Under the pieces are notes generated by a model, which searched no databases, had not been told where the DNA came from, and saw nothing but the letters and a program-made list of their open reading frames with translations. Both the position numbers and the translations under genes were made by a program. This document shows, piece after piece, positions 54,503 to 61,934 of a DNA stretch of 64,000 bases. Position 1 is the stretch's first letter; every line of letters starts with the position of its first letter. Origin of the DNA: a bacterium (lineage in GTDB: Bacteria > Bacteroidota > Bacteroidia > Bacteroidales > FEN-979); contig JAZDGR010000052.1 of the NCBI GenBank assembly GCA_043806735.1, positions 9,995 through 73,994 on the forward strand, written 5' to 3'.

Positions 54503-54741
54503 TTTTTTGTTGTATTTAATGGCTGGGACAAAGATCAGAACTATTTGGGCTAAAGCCCTGCTTCCATTGTATCGTTGCCCGTCCGCTAAAGCTGACGGCA
54601 ATTTAATTTTAAACAGTCTCTTATATTCGATTATTTTTGACCGCAGAGGAAACAGAGGAGAGATCTCCGTGTCCTCAGCGCTTTCCTCAGCGTCCTCCGC
54701 GGTTAAAAGGTGTCAGCAAACAGCCTTAATATAATTTTAGC
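54503..54741. repeat. intergenic region packed with small palindromic repeat elements
   Basis: Includes the gggctaaagccc mini-hairpin and ccgtc-cgctaaagct-gacgg (54545-54600). Also includes the imperfect long palindrome ccgcagaggaaacagaggagagatctccgtgtcctcagcgctttcctcagcgtcctccgcgg (about 54641-54702). Confidence 0.7.
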
Positions 54742-55737
54742 ATGAAGATTCTGGTAATCCGGTTCAGTTCTATCGGCGACATCGTCCTGACGACCCCTAT
54801 TGTCCGGTGCCTCAAGGAGCAGTTGCCTAACGTGGAGATCCATTACCTCACCAAGAAGCAATATATCCCGGTCCTTCAGGCAAATCCATATATTACTAAG
54901 ATTCAGCTTTACAAAGAGAACTTCCGGGAGCTGGTTCCGAAGCTGAAAGCCGAACGGTTTGACCGGATCATTGATCTGCATAAAAACATCCGTTCCCATT
55001 ACATCCGGTTTTGTTTACGGAAACCTGCCACTTCATTTCCCAAAGTTAATTTTCAGAAGTGGCTGATGACCCGGTGGAAGATTGACCTGCTGCCCCCTAT
55101 TCACCTTGTAGACAGGTATTTTAAGGCAGTGGAACCGTTGGGCATCCGGAATGACGGTAACGGACTGGATTATTTTTTACCTGATCCGGGACAATTTTCC
55201 GTTTACGAGAGATTTCCCGATCTCACAGGTAGGTTCATCGCGATTGCTATCGGCGCCCGGCATGCTACCAAAATCTATCCGGCCGCCAAGGTGTCTGAAC
55301 TGTGCGATCTGTTGCCTTTGCCTGCGATTCTGCTGGGAGGAAAAGAGGATATGGCACGCGGGGAAGAGATCATCAGGATAACCCGCGCAAAGGTCTTCAA
55401 TGCCTGCGGACTGCTCACCCTCAACGAATCGGTTTCGGTAATCTTCCAGGCTGTTCAGGTAATTTCCAACGACACCGGGATGATGCACATCGCGGCAGCC
55501 CTGAAGAAGCCGGTGATCAGCCTTTGGGGAAACACTATTCCCGGATTCGGCATGTACCCGTATTTCCCCGAAGAGTGCAGCCATCTTTCGACCCTGGTTG
55601 AAGTGAAGAGCTTGTCCTGTCGTCCCTGCAGCAAGCTGGGGTACCCAGAATGTCCGAAAAAACACTTCGATTGCATGGAGAAGATCGACCCGAAGGCTGT
55701 TGTGGAGGCAGTGAGGCTGGTAAACAGTGAACAATGA
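54742..55737 (+). CDS. family 9 glycosyltransferase (LPS heptosyltransferase-like)
   Basis: 331 aa. MKILVIRFSSIGDIVLTTP, the C-terminal half ISNDTGMMHIAAAL and PCSKLGYPECP. The last residues and the stop codon lie inside the CAGTGAA array. Confidence 0.8.
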   Translation: MKILVIRFSSIGDIVLTTPIVRCLKEQLPNVEIHYLTKKQYIPVLQANPYITKIQLYKENFRELVPKLKAERFDRIIDLHKNIRSHYIRFCLRKPATSFPKVNFQKWLMTRWKIDLLPPIHLVDRYFKAVEPLGIRNDGNGLDYFLPDPGQFSVYERFPDLTGRFIAIAIGARHATKIYPAAKVSELCDLLPLPAILLGGKEDMARGEEIIRITRAKVFNACGLLTLNESVSVIFQAVQVISNDTGMMHIAAALKKPVISLWGNTIPGFGMYPYFPEECSHLSTLVEVKSLSCRPCSKLGYPECPKKHFDCMEKIDPKAVVEAVRLVNSEQ

Positions 55738-55766
55738 ACAGTGAACAGTGAATAGTGAACAGTGAC
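55725..55766. repeat. heptanucleotide array (CAGTGAA)x6 with variants
   Basis: Reads cagtgaa caatgaa cagtgaa cagtgaa tagtgaa cagtgac. It spans the GT9 stop (55735-55737) and ends 3 nt before the tatD ATG. Confidence 0.9.
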
Positions 55767-55769
55767 CGC

Positions 55770-56549
55770 ATGGCAGTTTTTGCAGATACCCACGCACACC
55801 TTTACCTGGAAGCGTTCGATGAGGATCGGGAGGAGGTCATCAGGCGTGCAGTTGAGGCGGGAGTACATTACCTTTTTCTGCCAAACATAGACACATCGAG
55901 TATCCCGTATCTCGCATCTCTTATCTCACAGCATCCCGGCTATTGCTTCCCCATGATGGGCCTTCATCCCGGTTCCGTGAAAAATGACTTCCGGGAGCAA
56001 CTGGGAGTCATTGAAATGGAACTCCGGCAAAACCCCGGAAAATACTGTGCGGTGGGTGAGATCGGGATTGACCTATACTGGGATAAGACATTTGCCAAAG
56101 AGCAGGAGGTTGTGTTTGTCAGGCAACTGGAACTGGCACTGGAGTTTAACCTCCCGGTCGCTATCCATACCCGCAATTCGATGGAACTTGCGCTGAAGTT
56201 GGTGGAAGGAATGAAGGATCCGGCCCTGTGCGGAGTGTTTCACTGTTTCAGCGGAAACCTTGCGCAAGCGAACCGGGCGATTGAACTGGGATTCAGACTG
56301 GGGATTGGTGGGGTAGTCACTTTCAAGAACTCCGGTTTGCAGACTGTGGTGGAGGAAATTGAGCTCGAACACCTGCTTCTGGAGACCGATGCTCCTTACC
56401 TGGCGCCAGTGCCGTTCCGGGGCCAGCGCAACGAACCGTCTTATATTCCGTATATTGCGGAGAAGCTAGCGGAATTGAAAAAGCTGTCTGTGGAAGAGGT
56501 AGCGGCAGTTACGACGGAAAGCGCGTTGAAGTTATTCGGTTTGCATTAG
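55770..56549 (+). CDS. tatD: TatD family metal-dependent hydrolase/nuclease
   Basis: Start moved to MAVFADTHAHLY (HxH motif). Further blocks: GEIGIDLYW, VAIHTRNS, FHCFSG, LLLETDAPYLAP. Confidence 0.85.
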   Translation: MAVFADTHAHLYLEAFDEDREEVIRRAVEAGVHYLFLPNIDTSSIPYLASLISQHPGYCFPMMGLHPGSVKNDFREQLGVIEMELRQNPGKYCAVGEIGIDLYWDKTFAKEQEVVFVRQLELALEFNLPVAIHTRNSMELALKLVEGMKDPALCGVFHCFSGNLAQANRAIELGFRLGIGGVVTFKNSGLQTVVEEIELEHLLLETDAPYLAPVPFRGQRNEPSYIPYIAEKLAELKKLSVEEVAAVTTESALKLFGLH

Positions 56550-56555
56550 GGATAC

Positions 56556-56587
56556 AGGCACCAAGGCACAGAGGCACAGAGGCACAA
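56556..56587. repeat. octanucleotide array (AGGCACAG)x4 with variants
   Basis: Reads aggcacca aggcacag aggcacag aggcacaa and starts 7 nt after the tatD stop. Confidence 0.85.
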
Positions 56588-56661
56588 CGAAGAGATCGGC
56601 AAGCTTCTCCGGATGCCGCTACGGGGGGGTGATGATGGTTTGATGGTTCAGGAACTATTCG

Positions 56662-56669
56662 TACTTTTG
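56662..56669 (+). promoter_or_regulatory. Bacteroidota -7 box TACTTTTG upstream of tRNA-Ser
   Basis: Matches TAnnTTTG, about 80 nt upstream of the tRNA 5' end. The TTCACTG array lies between this promoter and the tRNA. Confidence 0.4.
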
Positions 56670-56716
56670 CAATCCAAAAAAAACAGAGAATAACGAAAAG
56701 TGAAAAACGAATAACT

Positions 56717-56744
56717 ATTCACTATTCACTGTTCACTGTTCACT
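56717..56744. repeat. heptanucleotide array (RTTCACT)x4, inverted relative to 55725-55766
   Basis: Reads attcact attcact gttcact gttcact (gtttag). TTCACTG is the reverse complement of CAGTGAA. It ends 5 nt before tRNA-Ser. Confidence 0.9.
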
Positions 56745-56749
56745 GTTTA

Positions 56750-56837
56750 GGAGAGATGTCCGAGTGGTCTAAGGAGCACGCCTGGAGAGCGTGTAATCGC
56801 CAAAAGTGGTTCATGGGTTCGAATCCCATTCTCTCCG
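56750..56837 (+). tRNA. tRNA-Ser (anticodon GGA)
   Basis: Folded by hand. Acceptor GGAGAGA/TCTCTCC, anticodon stem CACGC/GCGTG with loop CTGGAGA, long variable arm, T-arm ATGGG-TTCGAAT-CCCAT, discriminator G. 88 nt. Confidence 0.9.
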
Positions 56838-56843
56838 CCCTCC

Positions 56844-56889
56844 CCTGCCAAAGTCCCGATGTATCGGGACGAAGGCAGGTTTTTTTTTA
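56844..56889 (+). terminator. rho-independent terminator after tRNA-Ser
   Basis: Hairpin cctgcc-aaa-gtcccga-tgta-tcgggac-gaa-ggcagg, followed by a run of 9 T. Confidence 0.75.
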
Positions 56890-56921
56890 TTTTTGTTCAA
56901 GAAAAAGAACATGAACCTGGC

Positions 56922-58133
56922 ATGAACATCGCCTGGCGAAAAGAAGTCTTGCTGGATATTCTCGAAATCCGGGGACGCATTGATGGGCTGACTGCTGCTG
57001 AAATCAAGCGGGCATTTGATCAGGCTGTGAGCGAAGGACAGCGGCATCTCATGGTCGATTTCACCGGGGTCTCCTACATGAGCAGTGCCGGATTACGGAT
57101 TATTCTTCAAACTCATAAATCGCTGAACGTCATTGGAGGTGAACTGATCCTTTTTTCCATTCCGCCTCCGGTTGCCGAGATCTTCAGGGTAAGCGGCCTG
57201 GCCCCGATGCTGCATATTTTTCAGGACCTTGCTGCCCTGAGGAAACATCTGAATGTAGCCGCTGACGATGAAACAGGTACGAATGTAGAATTTGAAGGGA
57301 TCTCGTTTGAAAAAAGGGTGATTTCCGGTGAATCCGGGTATCTTTTCCCCTATGGTTCTCCGGAAAAATTGATGGATTCTTCGTATTCAACCTCCGATAT
57401 TATCCGGGTCGATCAGTCAGAAATCGCCTATGGCGCAGGCATTTCCGCCCTGGGTGACGACGTGGAAGATTTCAGGGATTTGTTCGGTGAGTCGGTTTTT
57501 CTAAATCATCATTTCTTCTCCTACCCTGCCGTGAGGAGACCCACAGTCGATTATTCATACTTTACCAGGGACTTCAGTCATAAAATTAATTTCCTCCATG
57601 GCTTTGGGATACACGGAAACTTCTCCGGTATTCTTCATTTTGGATCGACGGAAGAACGTATTACGCTATCAAGACTGGCCAAAGCAGCCGGAAACATTTC
57701 CCGGTCGAATGTTTTTGGCATGGTACTACTGGCTTTGAGCGGGGGAATTCTCGGGATGCACCTGAAGCGTTCGCCTGTCATTGAGAACCAATCCGGGGGA
57801 AAACAGATCCTTGCACCAGATAGTTTCGATACATGGATGAGTTATCCGCTCGAGGAAGAGGCCATTCATAAAACAGTTGTGGGTGCCGGAATTGTTGTTA
57901 AAGAGCCCGGGAAACTTACACCTGAATGGAAAAGATTATTCCCGAAAGAGGGCGATCTGCATTTCCATGCCGCCGTTTTTGAAAATGGATTGTGGAGCAA
58001 CAAAATGACTGAATTTGAACAGGAGCTGGAACGGGTACTCAAGGATTTTGAAGTGGAGAAAGTGGTACACTTGCTGCCGGCCTCGGTACTTTTAAGCGGT
58101 TTTATCGGTGTAATTAACCTGGAAAATATCTGA
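56922..58133 (+). CDS. STAS-domain protein with ~290-aa C-terminal domain of unknown function
   Basis: Start moved to MNIAWRKEVLLDILEIRGRIDG, because the tracked start at 56859 lies inside the terminator. The STAS / anti-sigma-antagonist pattern is LMVDFTGVSYMSSAGLRIIL...GGELILFSIPPPVAEIFRVSGL. Its stop overlaps the permease ATG by 1 nt. Confidence 0.7.
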   Translation: MNIAWRKEVLLDILEIRGRIDGLTAAEIKRAFDQAVSEGQRHLMVDFTGVSYMSSAGLRIILQTHKSLNVIGGELILFSIPPPVAEIFRVSGLAPMLHIFQDLAALRKHLNVAADDETGTNVEFEGISFEKRVISGESGYLFPYGSPEKLMDSSYSTSDIIRVDQSEIAYGAGISALGDDVEDFRDLFGESVFLNHHFFSYPAVRRPTVDYSYFTRDFSHKINFLHGFGIHGNFSGILHFGSTEERITLSRLAKAAGNISRSNVFGMVLLALSGGILGMHLKRSPVIENQSGGKQILAPDSFDTWMSYPLEEEAIHKTVVGAGIVVKEPGKLTPEWKRLFPKEGDLHFHAAVFENGLWSNKMTEFEQELERVLKDFEVEKVVHLLPASVLLSGFIGVINLENI

Positions 58134-60970
58134 TGGATCTTTGGATTGGAGCGCTTAACCTGGGTTTTCTTTATGCCTTTATGGCAATCGGAACCTTTAT
58201 TACCTATAAACTCTATTCTTTTCCCGATATCACCATCGACGGAACCTTCACCACCGGCGCTGCTGTCGCTTCCATTCTGATCGTCGACGGCTGGAATCCT
58301 TTCCTGGTCATCCCGGTCGCATTTTCTGTTGGTTCCCTCGCAGGCTTTGTAACCGGTTTTATCCATACCCGGTTCAAGATCGAAGGCTTACTTTCGGGGA
58401 TCCTGGTCATGACCGGGTTATATTCGGTAAACCTGCACATCATGGGAAAATCGAATATTCCCCTGATGAACAGTCCTACATTTGTTTCGATCATTTCTGC
58501 TTCGAATCCAGGATTCAATCCCGAACTATGGGCGTGTATTTTCCTGGCTATGATCATCGTCGTTTTCTGGATGCTGGTTTCCCTCTTCCTGCGTACTGAT
58601 TTTGGGCTGACCATGCGAGCGACCGGGAATAATCCGGTCATGATCGCAGCCCAGGGCGTCTCCGTCGGCAGGATGAAGATCTTTGGGATCTCCCTGTCCA
58701 ATGGTTTTGTGGGAATATCCGGAGCCATGGTGGCACAGTACCAGGGCTTTGCCGACATCGGGATGGGTATCGGTTCCATCATATTCAGTCTTGCCTCTGT
58801 CATCATTGGGGAAGCGGTGTTGCGCCACCGCTCCATGTTCGTAAAGATACTGGGCGTCATCCTGGGATCCATCATCTTCCGTTTTGCAGTTGCTTTTGCC
58901 CTGTATCTGGGAATGAATCCCAACGACCTCAAGATTATTACCGCTATATTCGTGCTCCTGACCATTATCACCACCCATGCGATCAGTGTAAAGGAAGGAG
59001 GTGCATGGATACGATTCCTGCGCCGGAATAAATGGATCTTACGGCTGGTAACCATTGCTTCTGTCGTGGGAGTCATCACCTGGATTTTCATACAGGTGCG
59101 TTCCCCGTTTTCCGCGGAAGAAAAAAAGACCAAAATAGGACTGATCCTGGCAAACCAGAGTTCCCTTTTGACCAATACCCGGAATGGGTTTTATGATGAA
59201 CTAAAGAAACTGGGCTATATCCCCGGGGTAAACTGTGAGATAGATGAATTGAATGCCGAAGGCGATATCCCTACCAACAAGACCATCGTGGATCATTTCC
59301 TCTCCGAAAATGTTGATGTGTTTGTGTCGGTGTCGACGGCTTCCACTCAGGCGGTACTGAACAAAGTGAAAGATAAACCGGTTGTTTTTGCAACCGTGGC
59401 CAATCCTTTCATTATTGGCGCGGGGAAAACCGAATCCGATCATCTTCCTAATGTGACGGGAGTCTATGGAACTGCTCCAAGCATGGAGTTGTTAAAAATT
59501 TTCGTCCAATTATATCCGGGCAAACAAAAGATCGGCACTATCTATAATCCAGCTTATCCGAATACGAAAGTCAATCTCGGTGATTTCCTCCATGCCTTGA
59601 AATCATTTCCACAGATAGAGCTTGAAGAAGTCGCTGTTTCGGGAACCAGTGAAGTGCTTCAGGCAGCCCAATCGCTTGCGTCAAAAAACATAAAAGCCTT
59701 CGTCCTGATCAACGATCTCACGGTGTTCAATTCCCTGGAGTCGGTAGTAAAAGTATCCCGGCAGAGAAAAATTCCGATCTTCACCAACGATGCCGAACGG
59801 CTGAATGACGGTGTTCTTCTGGTTTACGGGTATGAGTACTACGTAAGCGGAATGCAGGCGGCTCATCTTGTCGACCGCATTTTGAAAGGAGAAAGTCCGG
59901 CAAGTATCCCGTTTGAGAAATACAAAATCATTACCTATGGGGTGAATTATGATGTGGCAAAAGAATTTGGAATCAGCCTTCCTGAATCTATCCGGAAAGC
60001 AGCCGGTGCGAGTGTGATCAATGGGAAATTAATCAGGCCGCCCCTGATCCTGCCGGGGGATATCCGCTCATCAAAAACCAGGAGAGTCGCCCTCTTCCAG
60101 TTCAGCAGTAATTCACTGATCGAACGGGCTGTTCAGGGATTTAAGGATCAGGCCAGAAAAGAAAACCTTGTCAATTCCGCTGCCGTGGTATTTTCCGAAT
60201 TCAATGCCCATGGCGATTATAGTGTCGGACAGGCCATCGCAAAAAACATTGTCGATAAAGAATACGATTATATTGTTACTTTTTCTACTGTTGCCCTGCA
60301 GATCATGGCTAACAACAACAAAAAGATCCCGCATGTTTTTTGTGCAGTGACCGATCCTGTCCGTGCAGGGGTAGCAAAAAGCGCCACGGATCATCAGCCG
60401 AATCTTACCGGTATCGCCACTCCCCAGCTTGTAGGTGCAACCGTTGAGCTCATGAAGAAGCTGCTTCCGAACGCCAGGAAAGTCGGAATTATCTGGAACA
60501 CCAGTGAGGTCAACTCGCAGATTTGTACCGAGAAAGCGAGGGAAGCCTGCAAAAAACAAGGATTCCAGCTGATCGAACGAACCATCACCAATCTGAATGA
60601 CCTCGACGATGCAGTGAATTCCATTACTACGGCCGGGATAGATATTTTCTTTATTTCGGGGGATGTAATGATCTCCCAGGTTATTCCGCAACTGGCAAAA
60701 AAAATGACCGAAAAAAACATTCCGTTTTTCAGCAATACTGCCGACGATATCCGTTCCGGAACCTTGGTGAGTCTCGGCGCCGATTACTATGAGGTCGGGG
60801 AAAAGGCAGCGGAAGTTTTTAAAAAAATCCTGGGGGGAATACCTCCAAATGATGTGCCGGTTGAAACATTCGTCCCGGCGGCGTTTGGGATAAACCTGGG
60901 TCTTGCCAAAAAATATAGGATCCCTGTTCCCGATGCACTGGTGAAACAGGCTAAAATTATTATTCGCTGA
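58133..60970 (+). CDS. ABC transporter permease (LivH/BPD_transp_2 type) fused to two tandem ABC_sub_bind-type substrate-binding domains
   Basis: 945 aa. Residues 1-~300 are polytopic permease, followed by one extra TM helix (ILRLVTIASVVGVITWIFIQV). Two SBP-like modules follow, starting KIGLILANQSSLL... and RRVALFQFSSNSLIERAVQGF... Confidence 0.7.
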   Translation: MDLWIGALNLGFLYAFMAIGTFITYKLYSFPDITIDGTFTTGAAVASILIVDGWNPFLVIPVAFSVGSLAGFVTGFIHTRFKIEGLLSGILVMTGLYSVNLHIMGKSNIPLMNSPTFVSIISASNPGFNPELWACIFLAMIIVVFWMLVSLFLRTDFGLTMRATGNNPVMIAAQGVSVGRMKIFGISLSNGFVGISGAMVAQYQGFADIGMGIGSIIFSLASVIIGEAVLRHRSMFVKILGVILGSIIFRFAVAFALYLGMNPNDLKIITAIFVLLTIITTHAISVKEGGAWIRFLRRNKWILRLVTIASVVGVITWIFIQVRSPFSAEEKKTKIGLILANQSSLLTNTRNGFYDELKKLGYIPGVNCEIDELNAEGDIPTNKTIVDHFLSENVDVFVSVSTASTQAVLNKVKDKPVVFATVANPFIIGAGKTESDHLPNVTGVYGTAPSMELLKIFVQLYPGKQKIGTIYNPAYPNTKVNLGDFLHALKSFPQIELEEVAVSGTSEVLQAAQSLASKNIKAFVLINDLTVFNSLESVVKVSRQRKIPIFTNDAERLNDGVLLVYGYEYYVSGMQAAHLVDRILKGESPASIPFEKYKIITYGVNYDVAKEFGISLPESIRKAAGASVINGKLIRPPLILPGDIRSSKTRRVALFQFSSNSLIERAVQGFKDQARKENLVNSAAVVFSEFNAHGDYSVGQAIAKNIVDKEYDYIVTFSTVALQIMANNNKKIPHVFCAVTDPVRAGVAKSATDHQPNLTGIATPQLVGATVELMKKLLPNARKVGIIWNTSEVNSQICTEKAREACKKQGFQLIERTITNLNDLDDAVNSITTAGIDIFFISGDVMISQVIPQLAKKMTEKNIPFFSNTADDIRSGTLVSLGADYYEVGEKAAEVFKKILGGIPPNDVPVETFVPAAFGINLGLAKKYRIPVPDALVKQAKIIIR

Positions 60971-60972
60971 AT

Positions 60973-61785
60973 ATGATCAGGATCCAAGAGTTAAATAAAA
61001 AATTCAATGCCGGGACCCTGGATGAGGTCATTGCCCTGGATCATATCTCGCTGGAAGTTCGTGAGCATGAATTTCTGACGGTGATCGGAACCAATGGATC
61101 CGGGAAATCGACCCTGCTTAACGCAGTGGCGGGAAATATCCTCCCCGATAGCGGGACCATTGAAATAGATGGCGAAGATGTTACCCGGAAACAGGATTAT
61201 CAACGGGCGAAAAATATATCCAGGGTCTTTCAAAATCCTTTTAGCGGAACGGCGTCTGACATGACTCTTGCTGAAAACCTTCTCATGGCCTGGTTGCGGG
61301 GAAGACCCCATTATCCGAAGATCAGCCTGAACAGGATGGGGCGTGACTTCTTCCGGAAACAGTTGGCTTCCCTGGAAATGAATCTTGAAGACCGGCTGGA
61401 TAATATCATGGGCACCTTTTCAGGGGGGCAGCGGCAGGCAATCACTTTACTGATGGCCGTCATGCAAAAACCAAACGTGCTGCTGCTCGATGAGCATACG
61501 GCTGCACTCGATCCGAAAACTGCCTCCCAGGTTCTGAAACTGACCCAGAAGTTTGTGACCGAATCCAGGTTGACGACCCTCCTGGTGACGCATTCCATGA
61601 AGCAGGCGCTGGAGCTGGGAACCCGTACCCTGATGATGCATCACGGGCAGATCATTGACGATATCCCGGCTGCCGAAAAAAAACACCTCACCGTGGAAGA
61701 CCTTCTCAATAAATTTGAGGATATCAGGAAACGGGAAAAGCTGACTCCGGAGTTGATCGAACAGTTAAAAAATCAATACGCGTAA
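60973..61785 (+). CDS. ABC transporter ATP-binding protein
   Basis: 270 aa. Walker A GTNGSGKST, signature FSGGQRQA, Walker B LLLDEHTAALD, H-loop VTHS. Confidence 0.9.
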   Translation: MIRIQELNKKFNAGTLDEVIALDHISLEVREHEFLTVIGTNGSGKSTLLNAVAGNILPDSGTIEIDGEDVTRKQDYQRAKNISRVFQNPFSGTASDMTLAENLLMAWLRGRPHYPKISLNRMGRDFFRKQLASLEMNLEDRLDNIMGTFSGGQRQAITLLMAVMQKPNVLLLDEHTAALDPKTASQVLKLTQKFVTESRLTTLLVTHSMKQALELGTRTLMMHHGQIIDDIPAAEKKHLTVEDLLNKFEDIRKREKLTPELIEQLKNQYA

Positions 61786-61797
61786 AATCGTTTATTG

Positions 61798-61872
61798 TGG
61801 GAACTACAGGATTCGAACCTGTGGCCTCCTGCTTGTAAGGCAGGCGCTCTGAACCAACTGAGCTAAGCTCCC
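61798..61872 (-). tRNA. tRNA-Val (anticodon TAC)
   Basis: The reverse complement is GGGAGCTTAGCTCAGTTGGTTCAGAGCGCCTGCCTTACAAGCAGGAGGCCACAGGTTCGAATCCTGTAGTTCCCA. It gives a clean cloverleaf with anticodon loop CTTACAA. 75 nt. Confidence 0.9.
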
Positions 61873-61883
61873 GTTTGAGGGTG

Positions 61884-61891
61884 CAAATATA
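61884..61891 (-). promoter_or_regulatory. Bacteroidota -7 box (TATATTTG on the minus strand) upstream of tRNA-Val
   Basis: The plus strand reads CAAATATA, 12 nt upstream of the tRNA 5' end. Confidence 0.5.
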
Positions 61892-61934
61892 ACCATATTT
61901 TTTTCGTAAACTTGCTTGTTCTTACTCCACGGCC

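Noticed and set aside
36802-56744. Possibility that the many short repeat arrays are CRISPR arrays
   Set aside because: The units are 7-8 nt and directly tandem, with no spacers. No cas genes are present, and several arrays lie inside ORFs.
56859-56921. Upstream start of the STAS-protein ORF (MYRDEGRFFFIF...)
   Set aside because: It lies inside the tRNA-Ser terminator hairpin and T-run. The STAS domain begins at the Met at 56922.
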